A DNA stretch of 64,000 bases. It comes from Lytechinus pictus (taxonomy: Eukaryota). The notes beneath the pieces are model-generated. The model was given only the letters and a program-made list of their open reading frames with translations. It searched no databases and was not told the origin of the DNA. Location: positions 16,866,001-16,930,000 of the forward strand of contig NC_087251.1 of assembly GCF_037042905.1 (NCBI RefSeq), given 5' to 3'. Position numbers and translations under genes: made by a program. Positions within the stretch are counted from its first letter, which is position 1, and each line of letters begins with the position of its first letter. Positions 37,712 to 52,200 of the stretch are shown piece by piece.

Positions 37712-40700
37712 TTAAGGGATCGAGGGGGTCCGATTATTTTATATAGTTATTGGAAATGTACCCCCATCAAAATAACAAATGACTTTCAATTTTTCACTGG
37801 AAGGGATTTGTCTTCTTGAAAATACTTTGCGCCCGCCTCTAAAACATTTAGTCTGATGAGCCTGCCAAAAAATAATTGTCTATACAAAATAATAAAACGA
37901 GTATGCATAAAAAAGAAATTAAAACTAATTCATTATACTGGTAGTTCAATGTCGCCTACTAGACATGCTAGATGAATAGATGGATGTTTAAGTCATCAGC
38001 TTATCCTTGCAGAACAGAGGATCACTGGACCATTATTCAAAAACTCGTTCATCAAATCTCGATATTTCACTTGTCATAGTTGAACAACTTCTGACACTAA
38101 AATTGATTCATTTATTGCATTTTCCTTGAAGATTGGTGTCACCGAATATAGGTCATTCTCTCATCCTTATCCGCCGTAAAACTTAAAGGTGATGAAAAGA
38201 GGTCAAAGTATATCATTTGTAAATTTTGTGATTTATTTCAATTTGTATAATAAAAACAGAATTATTAAAAAAAAAAAGAAAAAAAAAAAGTAAAGTTCTA
38301 AAACAAAACAAAAAGCTATATTACCCAAACAAAATAAAACAATTCTGAAATATTAGCGTGGCAGCAAGTTTTATCAACCTATAATCTTCCCTTTCCATAA
38401 TACCTCTTAACAACTAATAAAATGCAAATACGTATTGGGGTCACTGGGTCAAATAACAAAATATTTATACGTTTGACATCTGTGAGTGGACATTCAATCA
38501 AAACAACAGAATTTGAATAAGTATGATTAAGCTTTTCATGAAATGGCATGACAAATCAACAAAATATAGGCCCTATGTAAATTGACCTTTTGCATGCTTT
38601 GTCTAAAGATACTAGTAGTAGTACTGGTATTTTGTGTTTGTAGGACAAATGCAGTTGAAGGGCGAGGCAACCTTACAACCCCCCTTTTTTCTTTTAATAA
38701 AACCCCACAATTTCCCATATAAGCATGCTAAGTATGCGTAGTTTGACAATTCGATTTCCTTTTCATTGAGAAAATTCACCGTGTAAGACCAAGTACCTGA
38801 TGTTATTACTTGATAATCTCTCAGAGAATGCTTCTTGACCGATAAAATGGATATTGCCCATTCAATACTCATTCTACAATCACGTTTAAAAAAAAACTTG
38901 TCGATTGTCGCAGAGTTCGGCACAGTAAAGATTCGGTACAGGATTGAAGTCACTATTTTTTGTTAAATAAACTTTCTTTTCACTTGTATCTGTATAAGCA
39001 TGGCATATTAACTGAAAAATCATAACGTGTCTCAGTGCACGTTTCATCATTTTCATTATTATGCTAGACTGCCAATTATTGCCGTTCAGTGTAGCTAAAT
39101 AAAAAGATGTTAAAATGTATTCAACAGTCCCTTCATTATGAATATTCTATATAGATAAAAGTATAGACTAACGTACTTTTTTTTGGTGATATAATAAACA
39201 CTTTTATTTTAGTTCCAAAATGTGAATATTTTGGTAATTTGAGCATATTGATTGTAAAATATACCCATAAACATCAAATTTCAGATGGCATGTATTTCCT
39301 CTTTCTTTTTATCTAACAGTAATTTTGAACTTTAAGAAATAAACAATCTGTAGATTTCCCCAAAGATATTTGGGTTTGCGTTCCCCCCCCCCCGGGTTTC
39401 CCCTGATCATTGAAGCAATAATTGCGAAAAAAAAACTAATAACAAAATAAGTCCTTGAACATTGGATTGCACCATTCTACATTGAATTTCTTTAAAAGAA
39501 GTTAATGAGTTTCGAAAATACGCCTCCATATTTCACAAATCAAGAGCCTTCGTCATAACCATGCCAGTCCTGCAGTCTATCTGTGTCTAGGTATACAGAT
39601 GGTATAATAATCAACACCTTGCCTCAATGAAAATGAAAAAGATATTACTATTATGAGGAGACAGTCGGTTTGATTCAACTATTACTCCTACGCACCGTCT
39701 TCAATCAAGTGAAAATAAAGATTGAAGGTTGGTGACATCTAATAACTTGGAAGTATAGAACAGAGAGAAAGAGAGAGAGAGAGAGGGGGGGGGGGAGGAT
39801 GGGGTAGGATGGGGGTGTTGTGAAGGGAGTGAAGGATGTACCCGACCAAGATCCCCTGAAAAAGTGTGGGTGTGTGTGTGCGGGGCGCCCAGGCTTTCAG
39901 TCCCATCATATTGTTAACCGCCCCCAAATGTATCCAGTATTTAGCCATATCATATCATATACGCTCTTCCATATAAATAATTGCACCCCAAAGGAAGATA
40001 AAAGGAGTGAAAAAAGAGGAAGGAACCGGGAAGAGGAGAGAATTTGAGAAAGAAAACGTAAAAATTCGATGAACAAATTCTCACCAATAGTGCTAAGTCG
40101 CTTATTTTTTTTTCTATACAAGAAAAAGACAATTGACACTTTATATCGAATTATTCTATAGTATATAAGGGGGTGAAACAAAGTTCTACGAATTGCCCTC
40201 TTCTTGTCATATTCGCTTTTTCTATACTCTCTTTTTCAATCAATTTAAAGTCAAATAGGCCTAATGGCTATTCTCTAGCTGCCCCTGGGACATTGTTCAA
40301 TTGGGACACTGCTTCTGCATGAGCATGAGCGGAAGAGCTACTTATCAAGTTGCTGCTATATCGTCTCGAAGTACATACTGTGCATCGTTGATGAGTGTTC
40401 ATCGGAAGTGATTATCGGCGAACATCAAAGATCAGTTAACCTCGGCCGAAGCACCACCCCTTGACATTGGCACCTCAATTCGCCCTTCAACAGACGTCCA
40501 TTCTATCAGCTATAGTCACTTTCATTAGAAGCTCATACAAACGCAACGTTGCATTCACGTTCACCGTGTCCACAAACAATGCTGTTGCTATGGCAACATC
40601 ATGCAGTTAGTATAGGCCTACAATACACTTCTCCAAGATGGGGATGTCGAAACATATTTTACCTGGTCATTGGGTTTGGCGTGATAATGATCTTTCATTC

Positions 40701-41761
40701 TTGATAACATTGAAAAAACTGGAACAACGGATTTCTTGAAGGTAAACAGGAGAATCGTTATGGAAGCTGCGTACGAAATGAATGTTGGCACTGCATATCC
40801 CTTCTGATTAATGAGAGATTGGAAGGGAACACTAGCAAGCCCATCGAGGTATAGGGGTGGAAGACTTCACCACCCAAACGAGTGCAAGAAGAAGAAAAGG
40901 AACAAAAAATTGGGGGGAGCTCCGGTACGGTTGCCCCTATGGAGATGTTCCAGGTACGCAAGTGAAGGAAGTGGATGTGGGAGATAAAAAGAGAGAAGGG
41001 GCAAAAATACGAAAAGGATATAAATGGAGAGGGCAAAATAGAAAGAGTGAAGAAGGGAGGGGGGGGGGCTGGTTCCGTTTGATGTCGATCCCGCCAATGG
41101 AACGCTTGACAATTCCTTTACTCTATAAGTTATCGAAGTCATGTGGGTATAAACACAATCGAAAATTAAGGGGTGGGGTACCCTGCATAGTAATTTGTAA
41201 AATTGTAGTCCTTGTTTCTTTTTATTATTTTCTTCTTTGAAATCAAATTTATTTTCAGAATCTATCAATGAGGAATATTTCTAATTTTCACATTCTAAAA
41301 TTATAATTTCCTTCATATGCGGACAGATTTTCATGTATATAGATCTTTGCATAATAGCCCAGTCTCAAACATGTCAATTGCAACAATTTAGCTTATTCTA
41401 CATCGTTGAGTCATTTAATCTAATTAGGCCTTCTAATATTCCAGATGCCCTTAAAGGACAAGTAGCAATTATTACCCCCTATGTACTTTTACCCAACTGT
41501 TTTGCAAACTTCTTTCAGGAAACAACCGCGGGCATCTCTACATAATTTAGTGTCGGTGTAGGGGACCTTGTATCCATTTTACAAGACCTCGAAGCAAGGA
41601 TGTTTCGACTTACAATGTACGAGACATTAATTGGGTGATAAATGAATTCGGACCAACCCTTTCAAATATGAATAAGGATACGTTTCAGCATCACCTGCAG
41701 ATCATTGTGTGGATAGACCCCACTCGAAGCCATAGGCGGTTTCATCAAGTTCATGGCGGTT

Positions 41762-42290
41762 TAGAGGTCATTCTGATTATCCACACAGGTATACTATCAA
41801 CAACCTAATGACGCAGCCACATTTACTGTATAATGGTCCATATAAACTTATTGCGATATTCAAAATAGCGCAAAACTTTTGATTGATCAGGGTTTGGCTC
41901 CTGCAATGTGACTGCACCCCAAGAAGACATTCTTATACAAGCACTTGCACTGAGGTTTGCTTCGCTCACTCTCTTCACAAAATTAATAATTCCCTTTTGA
42001 TAATCTAATCTTCTTATAATTAAATAGAGGTCATTCGGATTATCCACACAGGTATACTATCAACAACCTAATGACGCAGCCACACTTACTGTATAATGGT
42101 CCATTTAACACTTATTGCGATATTCAAAATAGCGCAAAAGTTTTGATTGATCAGGGTTTGGCTCCTGCAATGTGACTGCACCCCAAGAAGACATTCTTAT
42201 ACAAGCACTTGCACTGAGGTTTGCTTCGCTCACTCTCTTCACAAAATTAATAATTCCCTTTTGAAAATCTAATCTTCTTATAATTAAATA
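41762..42290. repeat. Near-identical tandem duplication, 2 x ~263 bp
   Basis: TAGAGGTCATTCxGATTATCCACACAGG starts at both 41762 and 42025; the units differ by only a few substitutions. Confidence 0.95.
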
Positions 42291-43559
42291 CAGGGGCTGT
42301 TCCAGAGTATTATAGGGAGGGAGACGGCCAATAATAGGGAAGGAGACGATCACGCGATCCCGACGAAAATTGACACACACGTCACCCATGACGTAATCTC
42401 CACAATTCAATTGTCAATTGTACTAAACTTATTTAAATTTGTTTTTAATTAATTTTTGAGCAATTTTGGGTCTGACATGCACTTACAAAATGTTACGTAA
42501 CTTCGGAACTGCGTACTCCCGCATCGCGAATTTGGTCTTAAAAGTTGCGCGAGACTTGAAGGGGAAAAAAGTCATGAAACGACGCGGCACAATCCTTTTG
42601 CGTTATGAATTCATTATATAAAAATGTCGAAGGGGTGGGCTGTTTTTGTCTCCCGGACTGAACAGGATTAAAGAATCATAACCCCGTAGCACCGCACCTG
42701 TATTCAAGTATGCCATTCCCCCCAAAACAAATATTCCCCCTAAATTTAAATGGAGCAACTTTTTTACGTACATAATATTATTGTAAGCAAACTATCTTGG
42801 TTGGAGTGTTCCTATCTGCTTAATACCGAGTGATCTCAATTTTGAATAAAGCCGTTGATTCTCCAAGGATCACTTTGAATAAGCCATAAAATTTAATGTG
42901 CCATGTGCTTTGACTTTTATAAGTTTGACTTTAAGGTACATTGCAGGTATACTCACTAATAAATGTGTATGATCACTGACCAAGCAATTTTTTTCAAAAT
43001 CTTGTTCTACTTAAAAAAAATACCCTAATTCGATATGGGGCAACTTACTTTGTGTGTTACATGTTTATGAGAATCAGAATATTTCATGATTTTATCACTT
43101 TCTTTACAAATACTTTATTTCATTTGTTGTTTCTTTTCTTTTCAGTGAAGGGAAAGACAGCTCTGTCTCCTATAGAGCTGACGTTACCCCGCACCACCTA
43201 TCGTATATTCAGCGCATGGATACGATAAATTCATACGTCGTATGGATATACGATACCCGGATACGATATATTCATACGACGTCTGGATACGATAATACAG
43301 CGTATGGATCGGTATGGATACTATAAAGTCATACAATGTATACGGATAAAGGCCTACGACAATACATGGCTATTCAGACGCAACAGCTCGTCGATGTAAT
43401 TGAAACATTTACGCATGGTCCTATATCCGGTATTCCTATATATCAATACAGCGTTTATCAATAATCTATACGAACAATTTTTTGTTTATTCTTCTATGTA
43501 CACTTATTGACTTATTATCTATGTCAATTTATTTTTTGTTAGGCCTGGTAAAAAATGAA

Positions 43560-45280
43560 TAAAAAACACTCTCTCTTCTGAATGCAGAATACAGTAGGCC
43601 TATGTCGGGGCCTACTGTAATGTATACCAGAACTTGGAACACAATGGGACTTCAACTCAGTGACTGTGCCTATAGTGGTTGCATTGTATCTTCACGCGAA
43701 GATGAATAGACCTGAACTTCACAATGGGCAAAGCGAAAGCTCGTCCTTTTGTTTTCAGGCATTTCACCATGAAGTATATATTCTGAAGTGAAAGATCTCC
43801 TTAGCCAGATAGAACCACAGTGCTATATTTCTTTCAGATCGAGGTTGATATAACGTAGTATCAACCCTTATCCGGATTTCCACAACATAGGCCTATACCA
43901 ATCGCCTTTGTTTTCTGATTAACATGGAATCAAGCACATTCCAGCATAAGTCGTCACTCTACCAATCATACTAGCTCTTGAAATCATCTATGTATCATAT
44001 ACTTCAGCAGAATACCAGATACTGCTGGGTATCATTCAATATAATAATAATGATTTAAAAAAAAGACAGAGGAAAACCAGAATGATTCGTGATGGCAAGA
44101 GAGACAAATCGGACATGCAGTGCCATCTTCTCTGCGTATACACATGCTCATTCCAGCTCTACGTCAAGTTCTCCGAGTGTTGTGGATTCGTTCAATAGGT
44201 ATTTACTAAACATGGCTGATGGCCTTCTTGTTATTCCAACTGCGAAAACTCGCTAAAAAACGCTTCAAATTGTAGGACTGAGTCATGATAATGACACTGC
44301 ACCCCATTCATGAAGTTCATGATATAGTCCCTGCTGCACAGTATCGCCGATCTTTTCGAATGAGGAGTGGTTATAGCGACTTGTGGAGGAACTGAGCTTT
44401 TTCAAGGACGCCCTCAATTCCCTACATGATCCTGCAGGTGAGAAGAGATCACTAAAATAAAACGAAATAGGTTTTGTCATGTTTCTACTCAAATCTTTTC
44501 CAATTCAAGCTTCTGAATATTACATAGAACGTTATTAATCTGATTCTCATTCTACATTGTGTTGTCAGGAATCAGGATTATTACACTTTCTCCCACTTTC
44601 TTTGAAAGCTATTGCAATATTGAATCTGCTTCTAAATCTAATCAGCAGAATTCTTTTTTAATCTATAATAGCGCCCGCTTGTAGAACTATTTGCAGGTTG
44701 AAATTGTCCTGTGGGATGTTAACTCGTCCATGCATGAAGTAGTGGACTAGTCCCCTCCTTTCTTTGTCTCCTTTTTTTCTCTCTCTCTTTGATGGTCCTT
44801 GATCACTGTCGATCTCTGCACGAGCAACTCTTTGCTTTCTGTCAATTTCCTTTGCATCTTTTTATAACTGTTTCACAGGAGAACAATGGATGTGATATGA
44901 AGATGGTCTTAAAGTTGATCAGTAGCATTGTCTTATACAGTTTTAAGGAAGCACTTTTCGTTATTCTGACCACAAGTAGTTGGTATGAGTGTGACGCTTT
45001 CCTATAGGATTTTCCTTGCCGATGTAGAGCGCTTTACATTTTGTCATTACTTGTCTTGATGGCATCGATCAGACCATCTTGTTTAAATAAACCTGAAAAT
45101 CTTTGGTGTGGGCCGATGTGCTTACTAAATAATAAAGATTTTGCCAATAAAAAAAATTATGCTTCCTCACTCTTTCTTGTCAAGAGGAACGTCGTTGAAG
45201 AAGACCGAGAAAAGAATCGGTCCGACGACACCGCCTTGAGGTACCCCGCTAGTTCATATAATCAAGGTTATGCTCCCTAA
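43560..45280 (-). pseudogene. Heavily decayed LINE (RT plus probable RNase H; I-superfamily-like)
   Basis: The minus strand near 45247-45180 reads GVPQGGVVGPILFSVFFNDVP. Frameshifted remnants follow downstream: LKLYKT (~44940), FYFSD (~44455) and an AGNE-like motif (~44150). Confidence 0.65.
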
Positions 45281-45296
45281 TATTGTGCGACAATTA

Positions 45297-46448
45297 CAGG
45301 GGCGGATCCAGCTTTCGCCAATAGGGGGGGGGCCGAAAAAAAATTACCCATATTTTCCCCGATCGGCCGCTCAAAGTTGATCTTTCATTTGTTTCTTTGA
45401 AGGGGTAGTCCTTACAGTCACTTCTTAGTTCTTAGCTTTATTCTCATGAATAATATCATATAAGCCCTAATTGATGTCATATAAACCCTAATATCATATA
45501 AGCCCTAATTGAATAGTACGAGCGCGAGCTAGTTTTTAAAAGAAAATTTCCTGAAAATTGAACATTCTGAGCAATGATTGTGATCGTGAACAAGATGTGT
45601 ATGTCACTAAATAATTACTGCGAGCAGAAATTTTTAATATATTCTGATATAAAACTGAATAATTCAAGCACGTTTTGAATAAAGAACAAACTGCGTGGTT
45701 TTGAGATTTAGACCTAGAATCTGGGCATTCTAGATACATTTCTTTTATTATGACATTCAATAACGCGCAAGCGCGAGCTGAAAAAATTGATGGCGATCTG
45801 AAGAGGTCAATTTAAGCACTATTTCAAGCATCGTAGGAAAATTGTGAAGTGGATATGGATCGTACTTCACAAATTATGCGAGCGCGAAGCGCGAGCCGAT
45901 TTTTAAAAATTATTATTTAGACCAAGCACCCGGGGAAATTGTAAGGACATTTTGTCATCACATAAACGTAACAATTTTCCTATTCCTCTTCCTAAGCGCA
46001 AGATGAAACTTTTCGATATCGATATTCCATTCTGAAAAAAAGGACAATTTTATTATTAGGAATTCATGAGAATGTCACCTTATTTATCAATCTAATATTG
46101 ATGAGAACACGAAATCTGTTGATATTAAGGCCTGAAAACCGGACATTTTAAGCATTTTTGAAATATTGTTTTACGGCCAACTTGTGCCCATATGGTAATC
46201 CTCCTATGCAGAGCTAATCGGCCGTTAATGGGCCGGTGCAGGAGATGTGCAGGAGAATGTCTTGATGCGCGCAGTTGCAGTAGAGTGGTTTACCTACATG
46301 TGAACTAACAGACATGGGTATAATACCTCCTTCGTACTTTTCTTTCTGTTTTTCAGCGTTTCTCTCGAGGTAAAAAGACTTTTTTTTGTTGCCAAAAAAT
46401 AGGGGGGCTGGGGCCGGCTCGGCCCCCCCCCCCTTGGATCCGCGCCTG
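45297..46448. mobile_element. Non-autonomous hAT-like element
   Basis: TIRs CAGGGGCGGATCCA / TGGATCCGCGCCTG, subterminal G/C runs and GCGAGCGCGAAGCGCGAGC repeats shared with 34726-35572. No TSD seen. Confidence 0.7.
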
Positions 46449-48104
46449 TATTATGACATGGGGCCCGTTGTAAAAAGAGTTGCATTCAAGCGCAACTTTC
46501 AATGTCAAAATTACATGGGCCTACGCAACATGATGTTAAACCAATCCAAAGCGTTCATTCAATTTCGAACAAAATATAAGCCTTTAGTGATCATCTCAAC
46601 CTGAAGAACCATGGTATATAGATTAAGATGTAAGAACAGAAAAGATGAAAGAAAGGCACAACTAATGAGACTTCAGAAATGAGAAGTGATGAATGAGAAC
46701 GAAATTTCATTTCGATTATTACTACCCGAGCAAGGGGGGAATAATGCTTCTATAGTAATGTTATGAGATATATGCTACATAGTGTCATTGCCATAATCAC
46801 AGTACAGTAGACATAAATTATATGAGCACTTTACCTGATTACGATGCCAATAACATCATGTGAGATTATTATGTACATGCACACTACACAGGACATTCCA
46901 AGAGGAAGTTTATTCGTAACTGTCTGTATGTCGTCTGTTACAATAATGCCTAAAAAAAGTCCCCTAACTTTAATCTAATTTTACAATTATAAATGTAGAG
47001 ATAAGTTTTAGATATAATGTTGTCTTCATTTCTTAATGATGTTGTATAAACCGTATGAAGGATGCTAACATCTTTATTAAAAAAAAAAACGTTCCCTCAT
47101 TCCCCAAATAGGAAACATAATCTTCCTTCTGTCGCCTCATTTCTTACTGATACTTTCCCCCGGGATTCTAAATTGAGATCTTTAAATGATATAATTTTGT
47201 GATCAAGCATAAATTCAACAATTTCCAGATTTAACAAGCGCTCTAACCGCTATTTCGTTGAATCATGTCAAATTGGTAACCAATGTTTTGACACTTCCAA
47301 GATGCTGCTTCCTCGGAATGACTTTGATCAAGTTTATCTTTGAAAGAAATCACAGATATTTATAGCAATGTGGATAATACGACACAAAAATGATCGATAA
47401 TCTAAAATCCTTTTATAATATAATTTATTTTATGATGTTGAGGCCTCGCACTTCTTTATTTTTTTAAAACAAAATAGACAATATTATACTGTGGATCACG
47501 TAGATCGTGTAGATTGCTAATATACTCATATCACAGGAAATGTATAAGGTTTATGACACGGTATGATCAATTTGCTCAAACCAAAAAATTGAGCAAAACT
47601 TATCTACTTTCAACAATGCTATAACTTTATGGTTGGGAAATAGCATTGATTGTTCATGGAGAATTGAAAACAGACCAAAATCCACTTTAAAGACGAGACT
47701 TGAAAAATATATACATTATAAAGAAAGGCAATATATATGACTGATAAGTTAAACACATTCCTTTTAATACAATATACTTATTTGGCAATAAGCGACCAAT
47801 GCTTTGGATTTGGGGATTAAAAATTCGCTCAATGATAGATATAATCAATAATATAAACTAAACAATCAAGAATGCCTCGCCACAGGTAATAATCAAGTCG
47901 CTTTTCTTCTCCAATATTATATTATTGAAATCTGTATGCCATCAATCGCTCACATAAAAGAGGGCGATAGATTAAAGAGAGAAAACCCGTCCTGATCGAA
48001 AGGAACGATGGCGGAAGGCCGAACTAAGTCCATGTCTGGAGGGAGTACTGATAAAACCTTTATGGATTTATAATATTTCCCTTTCTGTTACGGGTATCGC
48101 TATG

Positions 48105-48550
48105 CACTGTAAATAATATTGGGTAACATTTTAACCAGCACGAGGGTAATTATGTGTCCAACAAACTTGGGGCAGTATTTTATCCAATGCGGGAAGCATA
48201 TTGTCCAGTAAAGTTAAAAAATAGACAACAATTACTTTAGAATGGGCAACATTTTCATCACAGTGGATTAATAAAAATGCCCTTTGCAAAAGAAATGCCC
48301 CATGTTGGTTGGACACATAATTTCCCTCATGGAGTAGGGGCCGCGGAACGGTTTTCAAAGTGGGGGGGGGGGGGGGGCTGACCATGCAAAAAATCACAAT
48401 CAAAATTATGGTAATTTTTACGTTTTTGCATACGGTTTTGGAAAAAAAAGTGTGTGGGGGGGGGGGGCTGAAGCCCCCTTCCAGCCCCCCCCCCCCCCCC
48501 CCGCTTCCGCGGCCCCTATGGGGCATTTTTATCCAATATTTTTTAGAGTG
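48105..48550. mobile_element. CAC...GTG-ended MITE containing a nested hAT-like MITE (48335-48518)
   Basis: Outer ends CACTGTAAATAATATTGG / CCAATATTTTTTAGAGTG; inner TIRs TAGGGGCCGCGGAA / TTCCGCGGCCCCTA. Confidence 0.7.
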
Positions 48551-48633
48551 TGGGAGCCTTATAACCGAGGAATGCTACTTTGAAAATGTCATCGGGCGGT
48601 ACATTGCGTGCAGGGAAACATTATTTTATCTAA

Positions 48634-49236
48634 AGGTCAAGTCCTCCCCAGAAAAATGTTGATTTGAATAATTAAAGAAAAATCAAACTAGCATAACACT
48701 GAAAATTTCATCAAAATCGGATGTAAAATAAGAAAATTATGACATTTTAAAGTTTAGTTTATTTTTCACAAAACATTGATATGCACAACTCGGTGACATG
48801 CAAATGAGACAGTCGATGATGTCCCTCACTCACCATTTCTTTTGTTTTTTCTTGTTTGAATAATATGATATCTCATTTTTTACAGATTTGACAATAAGGA
48901 CTGACTTGACTGAACCATATAGTATTGAACAGTGCTTATTCCACATGTTCAGGGGGGAATAAATCATTGTTTCACATGACAATCAGGAGAAAATTTGAAT
49001 ATTTCATATTTCATACATTAAAATACAAAAGAAATAGTGAGTGGATGACGTCATCAGTCTCCTCATTTGCATACCGATCAGGATGTGCATATGACTGTTT
49101 TATAAAATAAAGCAAAACTTTGAAATGTCATAACTTTCTTATTTTACATCCGATTTTGATGAAATTTTCAATGTTAAGTTTGTTGGATTTTTATCTTTTA
49201 CTTCAAATCAACTTTTTGTTGGGGTGGACTTGTCCT
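48634..49236. mobile_element. Kolobok-type MITE
   Basis: AGGTCAAGTCCTCCCCA...AAAATTTCATCAAAATCGGATGTAAAATAAG is inverted at the right end (...TGGGGTGGACTTGTCCT). Flanks are CTAA and TTAA. Confidence 0.85.
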
Positions 49237-52200
49237 TTAAGACCAGCCCTTAAACATGTTAAAAGCTCAGTGAGGTAATAAAGCACTAACATTGGGGGCT
49301 TCGTTTGGAATACGATGCATTTTTTTATTTGCTAAACAGCAACGCAAGCGAGCAAATATTTTTCATTTTCATTTTTAATTATCATTTCATATAACGAAAT
49401 TCAAAAGAATGGGTGACCTTCTGACATAATTACTGATTACTGATACCGGTCACTATGACACAAAACGAAACAAGTCAAGCTTCACAAATGCTAGAATTTA
49501 GTTATTCGATATTATTTATTTATTCATTTATTCATTTTATTTATTTATATATTTATTTATTTATTCATCTATTAATCAATTTATAATATCTATCTATCTA
49601 TTTATTCATTCATTCATTTATCTATTGTTTTTCCATTAATTCAGTTACTGTTCATGTATTTTATTAATTCACTTCTTTTGTTCTGAGATTGGTCATTTTT
49701 CATGACGGTCTAATTTCAAAATCAAATCAAATTGATATCATGCAAGATGGAATACAGCCATTTTCTAGGGAAAATGTGCCTCCCCTTTTGGAAAATCCTG
49801 GATTCGCCCCTGCCTGGGACGTTTATAGTATGTGTTTACACTAGGGGCGCCAGGGTATTTTGAAGGGAGGGGGGCGAGGTGACCTAAATGTAGGCCTCCA
49901 TTCAGATTTGTTTTCTCAAGAAAAAGACCCGGGGTAGTATATATTGTACAATGTAGTTTCAAGCCTTTCCATACGGTTTCTTGTTCCTTCTTTTTTATCC
50001 TTTGCCCGATTTTCTCGTTTAACTACACCTTGTAGTTTTGATTAGCATTGGAGAAAAAAAAATCAGAAAGTTGTTGACGACCCCTTGGGTGTGCCCTGCC
50101 CCACACTGTTACAAATCTTTAGACCAGATATTTTAATGACTATAATGATCTCGTGCAGGTGTGATATGATATAGTTATTATAGTTGTAAAGTCTGCTTGT
50201 GTCCAGGTTGCCCTGAGTGCAAGAAAAGAAAAGAAATGATTGAAGAATGTGTTATAGGAAGCAGTGTGATAAAGGGGATCACTGGAGAAGCTAAAAATGG
50301 CAGAGTGCGATCTATTAAAGTATAATGGGAGTCTAGTGGGTGCAATAATACCCACATGTTCTTCTCTTGGTTATTGAGCGGGAGATTGTGACGGGGGAGG
50401 AAAGGGGTACATCCCAGGAGGGGGGTTGGTCCAGGAGGGGTGAGAGGAAACCATCTTCCGTCTTTTAAACCGCGTGACATTTACTCAGTTTTGATCGGTC
50501 CAACGGTCTTACCTCCTTCTTGCCATGCAACCCTTTAAGCTATATCTCATCGATGCAAGGTGGTCACAGTGTGTGTGTAAGGCAATCTATGGTTTGACTC
50601 CTGGTAATTATCATCTACCACATATTGTTCTTTCTCAGAAAGATGATTAACATTAATAATTCAAATCCTGATCCAATTAAAGATGTCTGCAAGGTGTCAG
50701 GAAAAAATGAGTGGTTTGGATTTTAACTATTGAGCTAACCCGGTTGAGTGCTTATGCGCAAACTAATATGATTATACACTTTGATAAAGAGACAATATTT
50801 TTCTTTTAACACAAGCTATACAAAACGAATAGTGAATGGTTCAAACTACGGTAGCCTTGAATAATAACAACATTTGAATTTCAATTTATTGAAAATTCAT
50901 TTCACTTCATTCATATATACAAAAGTGCACTCAGAACAATACACAAAAGTGAACACATTCAACATGGTAAAGCAGTCGATATAGCAGATGAGAAAGTCAA
51001 ATGGAGGCTATACAAATTAATGAAGTGGACTACTCATGATTGAAGGAGGCACAAGGAATAAAAAATAAAAAAACCTGTTTAAAAAAAATCTACCGCCCAG
51101 ATATATTGAGAATTCAGATTATTTTACACCATTCAATTTAAACATATATAATTACGGGCGTATTACATTAAGTGTATTTACATTAAGATTTTACTGAAAC
51201 GGCAATGAAATTATCAAAAGCATTGGACGAGGAGAAACATTTCCATCACCAGGCTTTTCATTCGTACAAACAATAATATCAGTTTGAAGAAATATAAAAA
51301 TATTATCCGTTGTTGCCACACCCGATTTTCGGGTCAAATCTGATACTTTTTTCTTTGTCTTATCGGATATTATTTCGGACCATCTAAAATGGAGTAGAGC
51401 GCCAACATACCCAGTTCCCGGGTCAATTTGACACAGAATGTTTTTTTTTAGAGTTTAACCAAAAAATATTTAGGACGTCATTGCAAAGTATGCCACCATT
51501 CAGAGCTCAGGAGATCGTGAATACCTGCAGTCAGTTCTCTTTCACCGAGTGAATAGAAGCATTGGGTAGGGGGGTAAATTCATTGGGAAATAGGAAAGCC
51601 ACCCCCCCCCAAAAAAAAAAATGATAAGAATAATCAATGATTCAACCATTCAGGCAAATATTCGAAGTAAAAATAATCCAGATCCTGATCTATTTATAAA
51701 CAGTCTTTCAGAATAACTATAATTATTACTCACCTAAGTGGTTCCTGCAGGCACTGTTTAGTTATGCAGATTATTATCGCTTCCCCGTGATCTTATCTAG
51801 ATAAACCTGTATGCTCACAGAATCTCTTCACAAAGCGACTGTCAAATTATTTTGCAGGGATATAGAACAGAGCAAGCCACTTTATTCTTGTACCTGGTAT
51901 GATTACACTCTGTATTACATCACTTTTTTTTCTAAAATTGAACTCTTATGCCCAATTTCTAACGGCAGATTGTAACTCCAAATTGATTTGTGAAACCTCG
52001 TTACATTTAAATAAGGTTAGCATTTTCATGTATTTTATAATATCATGCCCCCATCATGCCAAATAAATTGCATGTCACATAATATTTTTATTCAGCCACG
52101 CCCTTAGGACGTACAAGTCGAAGCTAAAAAGGCCAAACGGTTTTCACATTAATACTGGCAGATATACAAGGTATAGCGCCCAAATTAACCTGAAATTTAA

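Noticed and set aside
41762..42410. Repeat array or duplicated small genes (74- and 101-aa ORFs)
   Set aside because: A simple two-copy tandem duplication with no spacer structure, so not CRISPR-like; the minus-strand ORFs have no recognisable features.
48131..48662. Gly/Pro-rich ORFs of 100-131 aa
   Set aside because: Produced by the poly-G/poly-C runs of a MITE.
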